Below are positions 26,769 to 41,099 of a stretch of DNA of 64,000 bases, in pieces. Source of the DNA: Chiloscyllium plagiosum (lineage: Eukaryota). Below the pieces are notes generated by a model, which saw only the letters and a list, made by a program, of their open reading frames with translations, searched no databases and had not been told where the DNA came from. The stretch covers positions 3,671,497 through 3,735,496 of the forward strand of contig NC_057720.1 of the NCBI RefSeq assembly GCF_004010195.1, in the 5' to 3' direction. Made by a program: the position numbers and the translations under genes. The stretch's first letter is position 1, and each line of letters opens with the position of its first letter.

Positions 26769-28252
26769 CAATGCTGGTAGAATATGTTTTGTAATGTTTT
26801 AAGGTCAAACCGCGGTTGCATGTTACACAGTAGTTTTGCCCTTTAAACATTTGTTGTCCCGCATAAGTATCTTGAATATGAAAATGAATTGAATGGGGAA
26901 TTTATTACTTAACAAAAAAATTCTCCTTTGCAGTGCAATACGACTAGCAAGCTTAACTCCCTTCTTTGTTTTGTTTAAAAGTATTGTGTTGATCACCTGT
27001 TCAAGTAAAAACATTATATTCTTATAAACCAAAATCTTGTGTGATTTACAATTTTGAAAACAAATTGCACAATTACCTCAATTTTTGACGACTTGTCAAA
27101 CAGAACTTTCTCTGCATTTAGCAACTTTCTAGCACACATTTCTCTGTTTTGCAGTGCTTCTGTTCTGAAAAAGTAAATAACTTTTTTGTTAAATTGCACA
27201 CGTTAAATGCTGTGTTTATATTGTTGCATTACATTTGCAATCTTGTCCTTTTGATTATCAGACTGCTACAAAGATTGCTTGATTTAAAATGGTCCTAAAG
27301 TGCAAGAATGTTAGATTTGCTAGTTTTTGGAATTAATACATATGAATCATGAAACTGTCGAGTTTCAAAAGCAAAATTGGAAAATTGCTGCACTAATGGT
27401 AAGCATTTGCTTAAAAAAAAATCAATGCATGGACTGCATATTTAAGTTCAAGGTCAGTAGTTCCAGTGCTGTGAAGTGAGAGTAACCTGCCGACAGGGAA
27501 AAAGCTTCCTTAATATTGCATGTTTCAGTAAATAAGTTACACAGTATGATGATCACCATATTGATGAACTCTTTTTCCAACTGTACATTTAGATAATAGT
27601 GTGGAACACTTTCAGTTAAGGATGAATGCAATTTAAAACTACTTTCACTTCTCTGTTATTAAATTGGCATTATAATAATGTTTGGTGCTGGGATGTAGTT
27701 ATCCTGGTCTGCGTGTTTTTGGAGCTTGAAACTGAATCATCATTGTTGAATTAATGATGGTATTTGTGGCAACCAAATTTAGCTTTACATCAGAAATCTT
27801 CAGCATTGTAGTTACTTTAAATCTAAATATCTGTACACAAATTTAAAATGATTCAAAGATAAAAGGCAGGGAGATTTTAATTTGTGAAGGCACCATGCTG
27901 AAGACAGGCCTTCCAGTTCCCAGGGTAAAGACTCGATCATTCGTTGCACCAGTACAGTTAACCAATATTATAAGGAGTTTCCTCATTAAGAACATCTGAA
28001 TTATTGATGAGTTGTGTGCAAGAGAAGAAATGAAGCAGACATTGTAAATTGAAAAGACTGTTGCCTATCCAAGAAAGTTAAATATTACAACCAGTTGTAA
28101 AATTGAAAATGAATAATTCTAAAGTATTTAGACTATTTCATGTACATGGAAATAGTCACAGCTAAACTATGTAAGAGCTCATTTGCATGGCATCTCATAA
28201 CTGAGGAACTTGTGTTCATCTGAGCACCAATATTTCATATTTTCTCTTACAG

Positions 28253-28752
28253 TGCAAAATGTGGGGACCAAAGAGCATGTGGAAAGCAATGGATCTCCTG
28301 AATTGGAGCCAATTAATTGTGTGAGGAGGAGGAAGCAACGACCTGCAGTGCTAAGCTTGACAAATACTGAAACGACTGGGGTGTTGCGACCCAGACAGGT
28401 CAGGCTTGATAGTCCTAGTAACCGCTATGCTGGAGACTGGAGCAGCTGTGGTGAAAGTTACCTTCTGAAAGCAAAGGATGAGAGCACAGAGGCAGACTAT
28501 GATGATGTTCCTTCAGAAGATACTGGAAGTGAAGAGGAGAGTACAGCAGCAGACAGGAACAGTAGTATGATGAAACTGCATGCAGAGACAAAATCCAAAG
28601 GGCAGACATATGAGGCCTATGTAAGGATGCAGAAGATTAATCCAGCACTTGAACATAGGGTGAACTTAAAAGATCTTCAGGAAAGTATTGACACATTAAT
28701 TGGGAATTTAGAACGCGAACTCAGCAAAAACAAACTGAACGTCACTTGTTGA
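28253..28752 (+). CDS. SYDE2: SYDE2 terminal coding exon
   Basis: Acceptor tttctcttacAG at 28251-52. The phase-1 junction G|TG gives WP-V-Q in frame with ORF 28210..28752. Contains SNRYAGDWSSCGE, DYDDVPSED and LKDLQESIDTLIGNLERELSKNKLN, typical of the SYDE2 C-terminus. TGA at 28750-52. Confidence 0.93.
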
Positions 28753-31700
28753 AATAATTTGCTTCATTCTGGGATAAAGGAATAGCATTACAGACCCGAC
28801 AGTTGTATTAGCTGTTTTATGATGGCTGCACACTTCGAGATAGAGAAGTATCATGGACCATCTTGGGTTATCTGGCTTATTCAGGCATTCCAGGACATTT
28901 GTATGTAAACATTTTTCTTCTTATTGGAAGAATCCAGCGAATTGACCCTTAGGGGTATGCGGTGCCTTAGAGGCATTTTTGTTTAAGGTGTACTGTAGAC
29001 TGAGCACTGTGTTCAGGTAGGAATGTTAACTGATGCACTTACAAAGCAGGCTTTTAATAAGGACTTTTGAAGGAGATTAGCCATTGCCACTCAGCAGACA
29101 CTCTGGGGACTGAATCCTGAGTCATCTTTAAGCAAAAGTGTTTAATTCTGATCATTCTCGTCCTTGAGGATGGTTGCTGCTTGGCAGATGTTTCTGTAAG
29201 GTGACAGTATTTTTTATTTCAGCAAAAAATACCAGTTAGTGATTCACTGGTCACCTACCATTTGCAATGTAATACCAAGGCTGCTATGAAGAGACCATTT
29301 CCGCAAAAAACCCTGCACGTTTTTTGGGTGATGAGAAATATTGTAAACTGTTTCCTTTCTTTAATATTAACATTTCTCTGTAACTGTATTTAAACCCAAA
29401 TCAAAACAAATGGTATATTTTTCTAACCCAGTATATTTTTGATAAAGTGTGGACACATCATTTATAGTGACGCACCTACCAGAAGGCCAAATACTGTTCA
29501 ATGTACTGCCTGGGAAATGTAGCATATATAAATATATAAAGTGCATGATGATGAGAGCTGTGAGGAACTTTTCTTAACATAATGTGGCTGATCATTTGCA
29601 ATATCTGGTGTGGTATTATGTTTTTGTCATGTCAGTATTGATAACGAAGACTATTAACAGTGCATTAAAACGGGTGTTTTATATTCAAATGGTCCATATC
29701 TTTACACAGATAGGAAATGTGAATGAATAATGTCTCTCGGTTAAAACTGTCAGCCTGTTTAGAGAGACTGATTTGTGTATAGTGTTGGTACATTTTACAT
29801 TCATTTTTATCTATTTCCAGTCGTCTTTCTGTAATGTTAACTGAATTTCAGTTTTGTTGACAGTCATATGGAAATCTACAAAAAATTACAATAAAAATGT
29901 TGACGTTCAGATTTTAACAATATTACAATGGGCACGTGAAAAACTAAATTTGAAATCTCTTCAGACCAAATACACTCTACATTTGAAGAAGGTATTTTCC
30001 ATTAAACTCTTTCTACAAGTTAATCATTTGTTGTAATCTAATCTATGTAGAAAGCTGAGTCACAGGAACAGAATATCCAAAGAATATCTGACTAAATGTA
30101 AATCCTTGTGTTGTCCTCTTGAAGGCATTCAGGTTGGTCTCCTAACTTTCAGTCCAGAGACAAATAAATGGCGAGGAGAACTATGTCTCAGTTTTTAACT
30201 TGGCGGATACTTAAAACACTTTTTTTTAAAGGATTTCCTGTGTGGATGATATCTATTAAGAAATGTAACAGTTGCTCGAAATAGGGTTAGATTTAAGAGT
30301 TACTTAACTGTAACCATTCCCAGTGCCCTCAACTCTTACAATTTTGAACTGTTTCTAACTGATGCCAAGGTTTTTGCTTGCACCAATGCACATAAGTCCA
30401 TTCAATTTAAATTATTCTATCAGATTTTTTTTCCCCCTGTTATCAATACTTAATCTGACATTAGTCATTTAAACTGATATCCCTTTGGCTCCACCATTTA
30501 GTTCACAGTAGCATTTTGGAAATCCCAGAGGTGGTATTCCTGACTCTATATCTGATGGTATTCACTAGATACAACTGCCAGAGTTTTATACTTATTCAAT
30601 TACTATTAATCAGTTTCCCCCATCCATTTTACTAGAATTAAAAATCTCATAGTAATGACTAGTAAGGTGGTAGAAGTGGTCAGCTCAGACAGGTGCGTTT
30701 TCCATTTACACGTTAAATGTGAAACAGGTGTACAGGGTTGCTGGGAAGTGATAGCTGCTTTGAAAAATGCAAAGGTACAGTCATGTGTCATGTGTTTAGC
30801 TGAATGGATATTAATATCACCTACCCTCCCCAATATTTCTGTTGGCTGAAAGTCTTTGTAATCTATGCATCGTCTCATTCTGACGTTAGCCTCACTGGTA
30901 AAGACTTTCTTGAGTCCAATTCAAACAGTCCGGATGCAGAAGCATCTCAATTTCAGCAGCACTGTAATCGGGAGAGATGTTGAGCTGATCAGTGTTTTTC
31001 GTAGGCTTTGTTTCAGTTCTTCCCCTTCGGATTAAGCAAGTTGTGCCTCTTGGCAAACATTGAGATGACTTTTGTGGCTCTCAGCTTTTAGGACTTTTTC
31101 TGTGATACTCACCTTTAATTGATCTAGCCCCTTTAAATTTAAATTGCGCTAACATTCTTTGTAAAATGGCTTTTGGTTTCACTATCTATTGATATTTAAC
31201 CAGAATTATGCAAAAAAGATGACCATTTCAAATTGAGTGCAAATAGCACACTTGCCTTTGAGTGGGTCCACGATACCAACAGCCATTCTGGCATTACCTC
31301 GGTTTTCATTTGTAGTTTAATATCTGGAATAAATATTTATCGTAGCCTTGAAGTTTCTAGTTCCATAACGTGGTATGTGACAAATTATTTAATGTGAAGA
31401 TTAAGAAATACAAAACTAAAAATTAAGTATTATGCACGTGAGAGATGACATATGGTAGATCCACATATGCAAGAACCATTACATACTATACTTTTATTTT
31501 TCAATCATTTTGACCTTAAATATTTTTCTGCAAAATTGGATGTAACATATATTGAAAATATTAAATTTTGTCATAACAGAATCAACTGGAAAAAAATTTG
31601 CCAGTGCATTAATGTTGCTCATCTGTTCCTTAACTTCTAAAATGATCCACGACTGTGTATTTGGTGTATAATATGAACTAATTGGATTGTTTTGGTTTTA

Positions 31701-32020
31701 ATTAACACGTCTCACAGCTTAAAGATTCTTTGTAAAATGGTTTTCAGGCTCTAATTTATCTGTTGAAAATTTTATTCTTATGTTTTAGTAATCCCATATT
31801 CATTATCTGTTACACAAACATATACTTACCTTGAACATGATAAAGCATCACTAAGTTGTAAATATGACTTTATGCCGATATTTGAGTACTGTGCTTTACT
31901 GTGACACCAATATTAAAAATGCATATTTAACAAATTGTTTTGATGCTGCTAACTATGGTCAACAATTTTTGCACAATATTTTGTCACTGAGAATAAATTG
32001 AGGCATACATTTATATTAAC
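28753..32020 (+). other. SYDE2: Probable SYDE2 3' UTR with candidate poly(A) signals
   Basis: AT-rich, essentially repeat-free stretch after the stop codon. AATAAA at 29890, 30163, 31328 and 31992; ATTAAA at 31912. Repeats resume at about 32020. The true 3' end cannot be determined from sequence alone. Confidence 0.55.
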
Positions 32021-32021
32021 A

Positions 32022-32107
32022 TTCATGATGAAGAGCTTATGCTCGAAACATAGGCTCTCTTGCTCCTCTGATGCTGCCTAAGCTTTTCCAGCACCACAAT
32101 GTTTGAC
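32022..32107 (+). mobile_element. Penelope family A fragment
   Basis: aTGATGAagagcttatgctcGAAAC followed by the family A body. Confidence 0.6.
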
Positions 32108-32144
32108 ATACATCCATATGCATCAGTATATTATTGAGCATATA

Positions 32145-32492
32145 TTAGAATCATAGACTCCCTACAGTGTGGAAACAGGTGCTTCGGCTCAACAGGTTTG
32201 CACCGACCCTCTGAAGAGTAACCCACCCAGACCCATTCCCCTACCCTATTAGCCTATGTTTACCCCTGACAAATGCACTTAACCTACATGTCCCTGATGG
32301 GCAATTTAACATGGCCAATTCACCTAACTTGGGCATCTTTGGATTGTGGGAGGAAACCAGAGCACCCAGAGGAAACCCACACAGACATAGGGTGAATGTG
32401 CAAACTCCACACAGATAGTCACCCAAAGCTGGAATCCTGGATCCCTGGTGTTGTGAGGCAGCAGTGCTAGCCATTGAGCCACTATGCCATCC
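32145..32492 (-). mobile_element. HE1/V-SINE
   Basis: Reverse-complement head, V-domain and CR1-like tail. Confidence 0.82.
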
Positions 32493-33704
32493 ATATTGGT
32501 AATTAGGTTTTTTTTATTATTTTAATATTAGACCACAAAAAAGTTTGTACTTTAACTAACAAAATAGTATAGCTTTCCAAACAATCAGTTAAATATTCAT
32601 GCAATGTGGACTAACAAACATGATCTTTGAATATTGCTGGAAAGTAATATATTACTGAAGGTCTTCATTTTGTATTCATCAGGACAAGTGCAAGAATGCC
32701 AAATTTCAAAATATTGCAGCTTCTCAAAATCCTGGAGTTCATAAAGGATACAAGGCTTGAATAAAGGAACAGGATAGGCCATTGGGCCCATCATGGCTGC
32801 TCCATCGTTTAATATGATCATGACTGGTAGAAACCTAAGTGCCTTTTACCAATGCCACCCCATAACATTTTACACCATTAGTAATCAGAAATCTATCAAT
32901 TTCTATTGTAATCATACTCAAAGACTAACTTTCCATACCTCTGCTGTATAGGATTCCAAAGATTCACACCCTTCAAAGAAATCTCCTGATTCGGATCTGA
33001 AATGACATCCACCTTATTATTACGTTGTGCCCCTGGTTCTAGACTCCCCAATCTGACCTTCATTTACTGTTTCCCCTTTTAAGCAGTGGATGATACATCT
33101 TCCTCAGATGTTCTCACTGGGATAATGCTGTGTTGGGAATTATTAAATATATCTGAAAGTATGCATGACTTCTTCTCTGCCTTTTAATTAAGTTTTGCAG
33201 TTCACTGTAGCCCGTAATTAGCTTTATTCAGGTTTAAAGCACTAATCTTGCTTCCCTTTCAACTCAACATGACGTTCTATCAAGTGATTGCTGTCACTTA
33301 GAGGCTCCTTTACCATGGGTTTATTGATTAACCCTGTCTCATTGCTCATTAACATGTCTAAAAAAAAGCCTGCTCTCAAGTTGGCTCTGGAACATACTGC
33401 TCTAAGCAATTGTTTCAAATACACTTTTATAAACTCAACTGAGAACTTTTACTGTTTGTACTTTGCCAAAGATTTTACTAGTTTTGCTTTCATTGATATT
33501 AAGAGCAGGTCTTTATTCTTTCATGGGATGTGGGCATTATTAGCAAGGCCAGCATTTTGACCAATCTGTAACTGACTTTGAACTGAGTGGCTTGCTAGGA
33601 ACACTCAGAGCAATTAACAGTCAACCACACTGGGCTGCGTGTCTGGAGTCATGTGTAGATCAGATCAGGTAAGGATGGCAGATTTCCATCATGAAGGGCA
33701 ATAG

Positions 33705-34760
33705 TGAACCCTTACCTTATTCAGTAGCCTCCTGTGCAGCACCTTGCCAAAGGCCTTCTTGAAGTCCAGGTAGAATATATCCATTGGCTCTCCTTGGTCT
33801 AACCTGCTCATTACCACCTCAAAGAATTCTAGCAGATTTGTCAGGCATGACCTCCCCTTGATGAAACCATGCTGACTTTGCCCTATTTTACCATACACTT
33901 CCAACTATTCAGAAATCTCATCCTTCACAATGGACTTCCAAATCTTACCCACAACTTCCTGTCTTTTGCCTTACTCCCTTTTTAAAAAGGGTGTCATGTT
34001 AGGGATTTTCCAGTCCTTTGGCACCCTCCATGAAAGATCTCCACTATCTCTTTAGCTATTTCATTTAGAGGTATACAAGATGATGAGAGGCATAGATAGA
34101 GTGGACAGCCAAAGACTTTTTCCCAGGGTGGAAATGTCTTTCACAAAGGGGAATAAGTTTAAGGTAATTAGAGGAACATTTAGCGGAGATGTCAGAGCTA
34201 GGTTCTTTATGCAGAGAGTGGTGGGTGTGTGGAATGCACTGTCAGTGGTGATAGTAGAGTCAGATAGATTAGGGAGATTTAAGCGACTCTTGGATCGGTA
34301 CAAAGATGAGAGTAAAATGAAGGATATGTAGGTTAGTTTGATCTAGAGTAAGATAATAGGTCAACACAACATCAAGGGCTGAAGGGCCTGTACTGTGCTG
34401 TACTCTTCAATGTTCTAACTCTGCAGTGTAGTCCATCTGGTCCAGGTGATTTATCCACTTTCAGACCTTTCAGTTTTTTCTAGCACCTTCTCTTGGTGAT
34501 GGCCACCATACTCAACTCTGTCCCTGACTCTCGTGAATTTTTGGGATGTTACTCATGTCTTCCACAATGAAGACTGACACAAAGTAATTATTCTGTTTCT
34601 CAGCCATTTCCTTGTTCCACACTACAATCTCTCCAATGTCTTTTTCCAGCAGCCCAATGTCCATTTTTGCATCTCTTTTGCCCTTTATATATCTGAAGAA
34701 ACTCGTACAGTCTCCCTTTGTTACTGGCTAGCTTTCCCTCATATATAATCTTCTCCCTCA
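33705..34760 (-). mobile_element. CR1 RT fragment with a nested + strand CR1 3' end (about 34065-34415)
   Basis: ORF 33689..33904 (QHGFIKGRSCLTNLLEFF) and ORF 34080..34331. Confidence 0.8.
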
Positions 34761-36454
34761 TTTCTTTTTCTAACTTTGTTCTACCTGCGTCAATATTTTT
34801 CTCTGATTTACCTTTACCCCCTCTTCACTGTCAGTTGGTTTTAACCAAAGCTATTACTCTTGCCATGTAAGATCAATATCTCTTTCAATCAACATTGTAA
34901 ACCTCAATTCCTGAAATATTGGTATGTCTAATATAATGCGATTTAAGAATGCCCTTAAAATCTGCAGGATATTAGCTAATTGATTATGTAAAAAACAATT
35001 CTGGTACACAGACATTATGAGAGCTCCCATAGTGTTGTGTAAATTGAACCAACATTGCATTGTTTTAGAACAGTGATATACCCAGATGGGAAAGGTTTTT
35101 CAGGAGGTTATCTATCACCCACAAAGAAGTCTACATATTTCCTCCTCGATGGTTGATGATCTCTGGAGCAGGCTGATGGGATGTTAGGTATGGATACTTT
35201 ATAGACACTTACAATGTTCATCTCAAACATGAGATGTTGTGGCATTCTGATTTGGTGAGGTCACATAAGATAATCTGTTGCTTCTTGGGCAACTATAATC
35301 TTTTAAACTCATTTCATCTTCCCTGCTCTTTGCCATGGTCACTTTTCAACATGTTCACTTTTCATTGGTGTGTTTAATCGTGAAGGGTAATATTACCTTG
35401 CCTTTTCTACCCATAACTGCAGTCTGACCTCTGCTTCATTTTTTATTACAGCAGAGAAAACTTCAAGAAGTCTCTGAAACACTTCCTTTGCCCTCCTTAT
35501 TTTTGATTGCCTTCAGTGAGCTGGGTAAAGAAGAGATCGGACTGGGTGGATGGATCAGTTTTGATGGTGCCTTCAGCAATTAGGCAGATAGCAGGAGCAG
35601 GAATTCTGGACAATGAAGTGCTAACCATGTGAAGCTGCACTGCAGGCCTTCATAAACCCACCAACAGAAGAAACTGAGCAACAGTCTCCCTAATGGCAAA
35701 TCCGTTTACAGCATTGCAGCCATGCTGTATTCAAGCCATGAACCAATTAAATTGGTAATTGGAGGAGAGATATAGTAGACATGGTTGTACTCATTGGCGG
35801 TAGACCCCAGCGTGTCTCAAAGCCTATAATTACCTTCAGCCAGGAAGGGTGTGTATACATTCCTCCTTAGAATAAGGCTAAGTTTCCCTCAATGATAAAT
35901 GCGAAGCTTCAGCCAATTTGACGTTTCTAAATTTACTCATGGGATGTGAGTATTTATCATCGACCGTTTATCATCATTCCATGTTGCCCTTTGAGAAGGT
36001 GGTGGTGAGCTGCTTTCTTGAACTGCTGCCGTTAGATTCACAATGGCCTTAGGGAGGGAATTTATCAAGAAATAATGAGTGTACTCTTTACCCTGTAAAA
36101 AGTATGGACCCTAACAAGTTTTGGTGCTGAAGAGATAAGTCCCTAAACTTGCTACACCCCTGGCTGATGAGTATCTACCTGACATTATGAAGGATTATCC
36201 AGGTATGTCCTGTTCACACAACCAACCTGACCAAATACCACAGCATCAACTGACTCCCAGTCACTCACAAAGTGCTATTAGGAGGCACTAATGGCAAACC
36301 TGTGCGTTGCTTGGCGAGGGTCACGCAGTCTGGATATCTTTACAGCTTTGTTCTATGAGCAGGCTTGGGCTGAAAGGCACACCCCGCGGATGAGGAGGAG
36401 AGTGGGTTGGGACGACCGCAGGAGCAGAGAGGGTAAGGTCTACGGAGAGTGAAA

Positions 36455-36790
36455 GATAAAACATAGAACATTACAGCGCTGTACAGGCCTTTCAGCCCTT
36501 GATGTTGGAACCAATCTGAAGCCCATCTAACCTACACTATTCCATTTTCATCCATATGTCTATCCATGATGATTTAAATGCCCTTAAAGTTGGCGAGTCT
36601 ACTACTGTTGCAGACAGTGCATTCCACACCCCTACTACTCTCTGAGTAAAGACATTACCTCTAACATCTGTCCTATATCTATCACTCCTCAATTTAAAGC
36701 TATGTCCCCTCGTGCTAGCCATCAGCATCTGAGGAAGATGGCTCTCTGTCCATCCTATCTAACCCTCTCATTATATGTCTTAATTAAGTC
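36455..36790 (-). mobile_element. CR1 3' end
   Basis: ORF 36537..36728 (STRGHSFKLR...FTQRVVGVWN). Confidence 0.8.
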
Positions 36791-37094
36791 GCCAATAGAA
36801 CATAAACCTTTGAAGCTATTTCAGTTTTAGTAATATCAATTTAATTTAGTGTTTTACCATTTATACAATTTATTCTGTAATCCAAGATGGTGCTGAAACC
36901 TGGCGACATTATCCACTTTCCACTGTACCTAGGTACAAGTGACAATATATTAAATAAATCTGCTGAAGTGCAGAGGTGGCCAAGTATCTCAGTCCGGGGC
37001 CAATGCTGCCAAAGTTTTATAGGACAGTGCTTTTGGCCCAAATATCCTTAATTGCTGTGACATTCAAAAGAAAAGGTAATCATGAATGCAGAAG

Positions 37095-37560
37095 TTACTC
37101 ACTGTAATGGTGACCATGAAACTATTGGATTGTTGTAAAAACTCTAATGCCATTTAAGGAATGAAATCTGCCGATCATATAGGGTCTAAACCCTGCCACT
37201 CCAGATCCACAACAAAATGGTTAACTCTTAACTGCCCACTGAGCAAACTTTACCTCCGAGTGTTGAGTTGTTTACTTCCTGACTCCCCAAAGCCTGCCCA
37301 CCATCGACAAAGCGCAAGTCAGGAGTGTGATGGAATGCTCCCCACTTGTTTGGATGGATGCAACTCCAACAACACTCAAGAAGCTGCACACCATCCAGGA
37401 CAAAGCAGCTGGCTTCCCTGGCACCCAATACACAACCTTCATCATTCACTCACTCCATTACCAATGCACATTGGTAACAATCTATACTACCAACAAAGGT
37501 ATTGCAAGAACTCAACAAGGTTCCTTCAATACCACAATCCAAACCCACGACTACTACCAG
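37095..37560 (+). mobile_element. SINE-like segment joined to a CR1/L2-group LINE C-terminal segment
   Basis: KAQVRSVMECSPLVWMDATPTTLKKLHTIQDKAA in ORF 37327..37611. Confidence 0.6.
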
Positions 37561-38615
37561 GTTAAAAAATGTGGGATCCAGAGTAACTTGGCAAGTTGGA
37601 TTCAAATTTGACCTAATAGCAGGAAACAGAGGGTAATGGCAGAAGGCTGTGTAAGACTGCTGGTGCCCAGTGTGCAGTGGTATAGCATAGGGATTGGTGC
37701 GGGCCCCTTGGTGTTGAAGATGTATATAAATGACATAGGAGAAAATGTTGAGGGGCAGGATAAGTTTGTAGTTAAAATGAAGATTGGCCAGGTGATTGAC
37801 AAATGAGGAAAATGTTGGGTTACAGGAGGAAGAAAGGACAGATTGAACAGTGGCAGATGGAATTTAACCCCGAAAACTGTGAGGGGATGCACTTTTGTGA
37901 AGAAACAGGATAAATGGAGTCCACAATGACTGGCGAGATATGGGGAATCTCAGAGGAATTTTGGGGTGCTTATCCCCAGATCCCAGAAGGCATCAAAGGA
38001 GGTTAGTAGGGGAGTTAAGAAGGTAGCTGAAAATGTGTTGCTGGAAAAGCGCAGCAAGTCAGGCAGCATCCAAGGAGCAGGCGAATCGACGTTTCGGGCA
38101 TGAGCCCTTCTTCAGGTGTTAAGAAGGTATACAGGACACCTGCCTTTCAGTTATGGCATAGATTTTAACAGCAGGGAACATCATGTTGGAGCTGTACAGG
38201 ACTTTGGTTAGGCCACAGCTGGATACTGTATATTATTGGAAGGATGTGATTGCACTGGAGAGGGTGCAGAGGAGATTCACCAGGATGTTCCCTGGGATGG
38301 AGTTTTTCAGCGATGACAAAAGGCTGACTAAGCTTGGATTGTTTTCTTTAGAGAAGAGAAGGTTGAGGGGGTAGTTGTGTATAACATTGAGGGGCATGGA
38401 CAGTGTGAATAGAAAGCTGCTGTTCCCCTTGGATAAGGGGTCAATAACAAGGGAGCATAGTTTTAAAATAAAACGCAGAATGTTTAGCAGGGACTTGAGG
38501 AAAACCATCTCGCTCACAGGGTGGTGTGGATCTGGAATGCACTGCCTGATGAGAAACCTCCCAACCTTTTAAAAAGTACTTGGATGTGAATTTGAAATTT
38601 CATTATATTCAAGTT
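37560..38615 (+). mobile_element. Degenerate CR1 RT/3' region
   Basis: ORFs 38183..38374 and 38375..38572. Confidence 0.78.
38026..38117 (-). mobile_element. Penelope family A mini-insert with intact hammerhead core and 12-bp TSD
   Basis: TSD gttaagaaggta at 38014-25 and 38118-29. Minus strand cCTGAAGAagggctcatgcccGAAACGTCga. Confidence 0.8.
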
Positions 38616-40409
38616 TAAGTGCTGTAGTGTGGGACTAGTGTCAAGAGGACACCCTCAAGGCAATGCTGCCAAAGTACCACCGACACAAGTTCTGCCCCAC
38701 CAGAGGGCCGAACAGTCTGCCCCGCTGCTGCACATCCATCAAAGACACCAACTGCTCCATTCCCTGCCCGCACTTCGGATAATCCGATCACAGTGCTGTG
38801 TTCCTCCTCCCACCATACAACAGAAGCTGACATGGGAGGCCCCCTCATAGACTGCAGTACGATGCTGGACCGGGCTATGGAAGACCATCTCTGGGACTGC
38901 TGGGAAACGGTGAACTACACCATGTTCATGTACTCAGCGGAAAACCGAGACAAGACTGCCACACCATCACCGACCTCATTAGCAAATGTGTGGAGGACTG
39001 TGTAACCAATCCGAGTGTTCCCCAATTGGAAATCTTGGATGATCAGGAAACCCACTCCCTAATGAAGATGGCAGCATTCAAATCAGATGACTCAGACCCA
39101 TGCAGGAAATCCAGAGATGATTTGCACAAAGCCATCAGGAGGCAGGACCAGACCCAACCATACAGACTTCAGCTGCCTGTGGCACGGCCTAAACAGCATT
39201 ACAGGATACAACATGAAGCACAGCCAGATAGCAGACACAGGCACATCCCTCCCTGACATACTCAATGCTCCCTGTGCTCGGTTTGAGCAGAATGCCAGTG
39301 GCATGGTGCCACCTGCCCCCACCAGCCCCGGGCACACCTGTTCCCTCGGTCACCGCTGCAGATGTCAGATCGATTTCCCTGGGAGTCAACCAAAGGAAAG
39401 CGATGGGCCCGGACAGTGTTCCTGTCTGAGCACTCAGGTCCGGAGCTGACCAACTGGCGGAGATATTCACCGGCATCTTCAACCTCTCCCTCCTACAAGC
39501 CGGAGTCCCTACCTGTTTCAAGAAATTACATGCAATGTGCCTTAGTGACTACCGCCCGGGACTCTAACCTCCATAAACATGAAGTGCACCAAGAGGCTGG
39601 TCATGGTCCACATCAACTCCAGTCTCCCAGCCTCTGCAGCCCCCTCCCTCCCCCACCCCATTCCCTATTGACGTAACAGATCCACAACGGATTCCATTTC
39701 CCTAGCCCTGCACTCATTTCTGGAACATCTGGACAACAAGGACACCTACGTCAGACTCCTGCTCATCGACTACAGCTCTGCCTTCAAAAGCATCATCCCC
39801 TCCAGACTGATCTCAAAACTCCAAGACCTTAGTCTTGGGTCCACCCTCTGTAACTGGATCCTCAGCTTCCTGACCCACAGACCGCAATCAGTGAGGAGAC
39901 AACAGCACACCCTTTACGATAACACTCAACATTGAAGTCCCCCCCAAGGATGTGTGCTCAGCCCCCTGTTGTACTCCCTGTAAATTCATGACTGTGTTGC
40001 CAAATTCCAAATGAACACCATCTACAAGTTTGATGGTGACACCACTGTGGTGGGACGGATATCTAACAACGATGAAGCAGAATACAGCAGGAAGACAGAG
40101 GGCTTGATGACCTCTCTCTCAATGCCGGCAAAACGAAAGAATTGAGCATTGACTCCAGAAAGAAACTGAACTGAGGTTGAGAGAGTGGAGAGCATCAAGT
40201 TCCCAGGAGTGACACTAACCGACAGCCTGTCCTGGACTTCCCACGTAGATGCGACCGTCAAGTAGGCACAACAACATCTCGCTTTCCCCAGGCAGCTCAG
40301 GAAAATTGGCATGTCCATCAGGACCCTCACCAACTTTTACTGACGCACCAATGAAAGCATACTGTCTTGTATGGCAACTGCTCTGCCCAGGCCCGTAAGA
40401 GACTACAGA

Positions 40410-40809
40410 AACAGGAATAAATTACTGCAGATGCGGAACCTGAACTGAAAACAATCAATGCTGGCGATCCCAGTGGGTCAGGCAGCATCCTTGGAGATTG
40501 GGCAAGCCACCGTCTCCAATCTCGAAGACTCTTCATCAGAACTGGAGCGGGGGTGGTGACGTTAGTGGGTGTACGGTGTTGGTGAAGAAATTATGTTAGT
40601 AGTTTATGTTACGTAAACTAATATATTTTTTCCACAGCACCCTAAACCACTAGCCCCACCACCACCACCCTACCCAGCCCAAACTATTGCACAAATGCTG
40701 TCCCTCCACATCAGCTCTGATGAAGAGTCATTAGACTTGAAATGGTAGCTTGCTGTCTCTCCATGGATGCTGCCTGACCCGCTGTGATCTCCAGCATTTG
40801 TTGTTTCCA
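40410..40809. mobile_element. Penelope-derived inverted-repeat element (family C) with a hammerhead
   Basis: Arms at about 40410-40545 and 40712-40809. gctCTGATGAagagtcattagacttGAAAtggtagc at 40714-40749. Flanks gagactacaga / gagtctacaga. Confidence 0.7.
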
Positions 40810-40962
40810 GAGTCTACAGAGGGTTGTGTGCACAGCCCAGACCATCACAGAAGCCAATCTTCCATCCATGGACTCCATTTACACAGCTCAATGCGGAAAG
40901 GCTGCCAACATCATCAAAGACCCCTCCAACCCCAGTAATGCTCTCCTACAACCTCTTCTGTC

Positions 40963-41099
40963 CTTTATTCCTGATGAAGGGCTTTTGCCCGAAACATCGA
41001 TTTTGCTGCTCCTCGGATGCTGCCTGAATTGCTGTGCTCTTCCAGCACCACTGATCCAGAATCTGGTTTCCAGCATCTGCAGCCATTGTTTTTACCTCG
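40963..41099 (+). mobile_element. Penelope family A pLTR with hammerhead and 3' tail
   Basis: attcCTGATGAagggcttttgcccGAAACATCga at 40967-41000. Confidence 0.8.
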
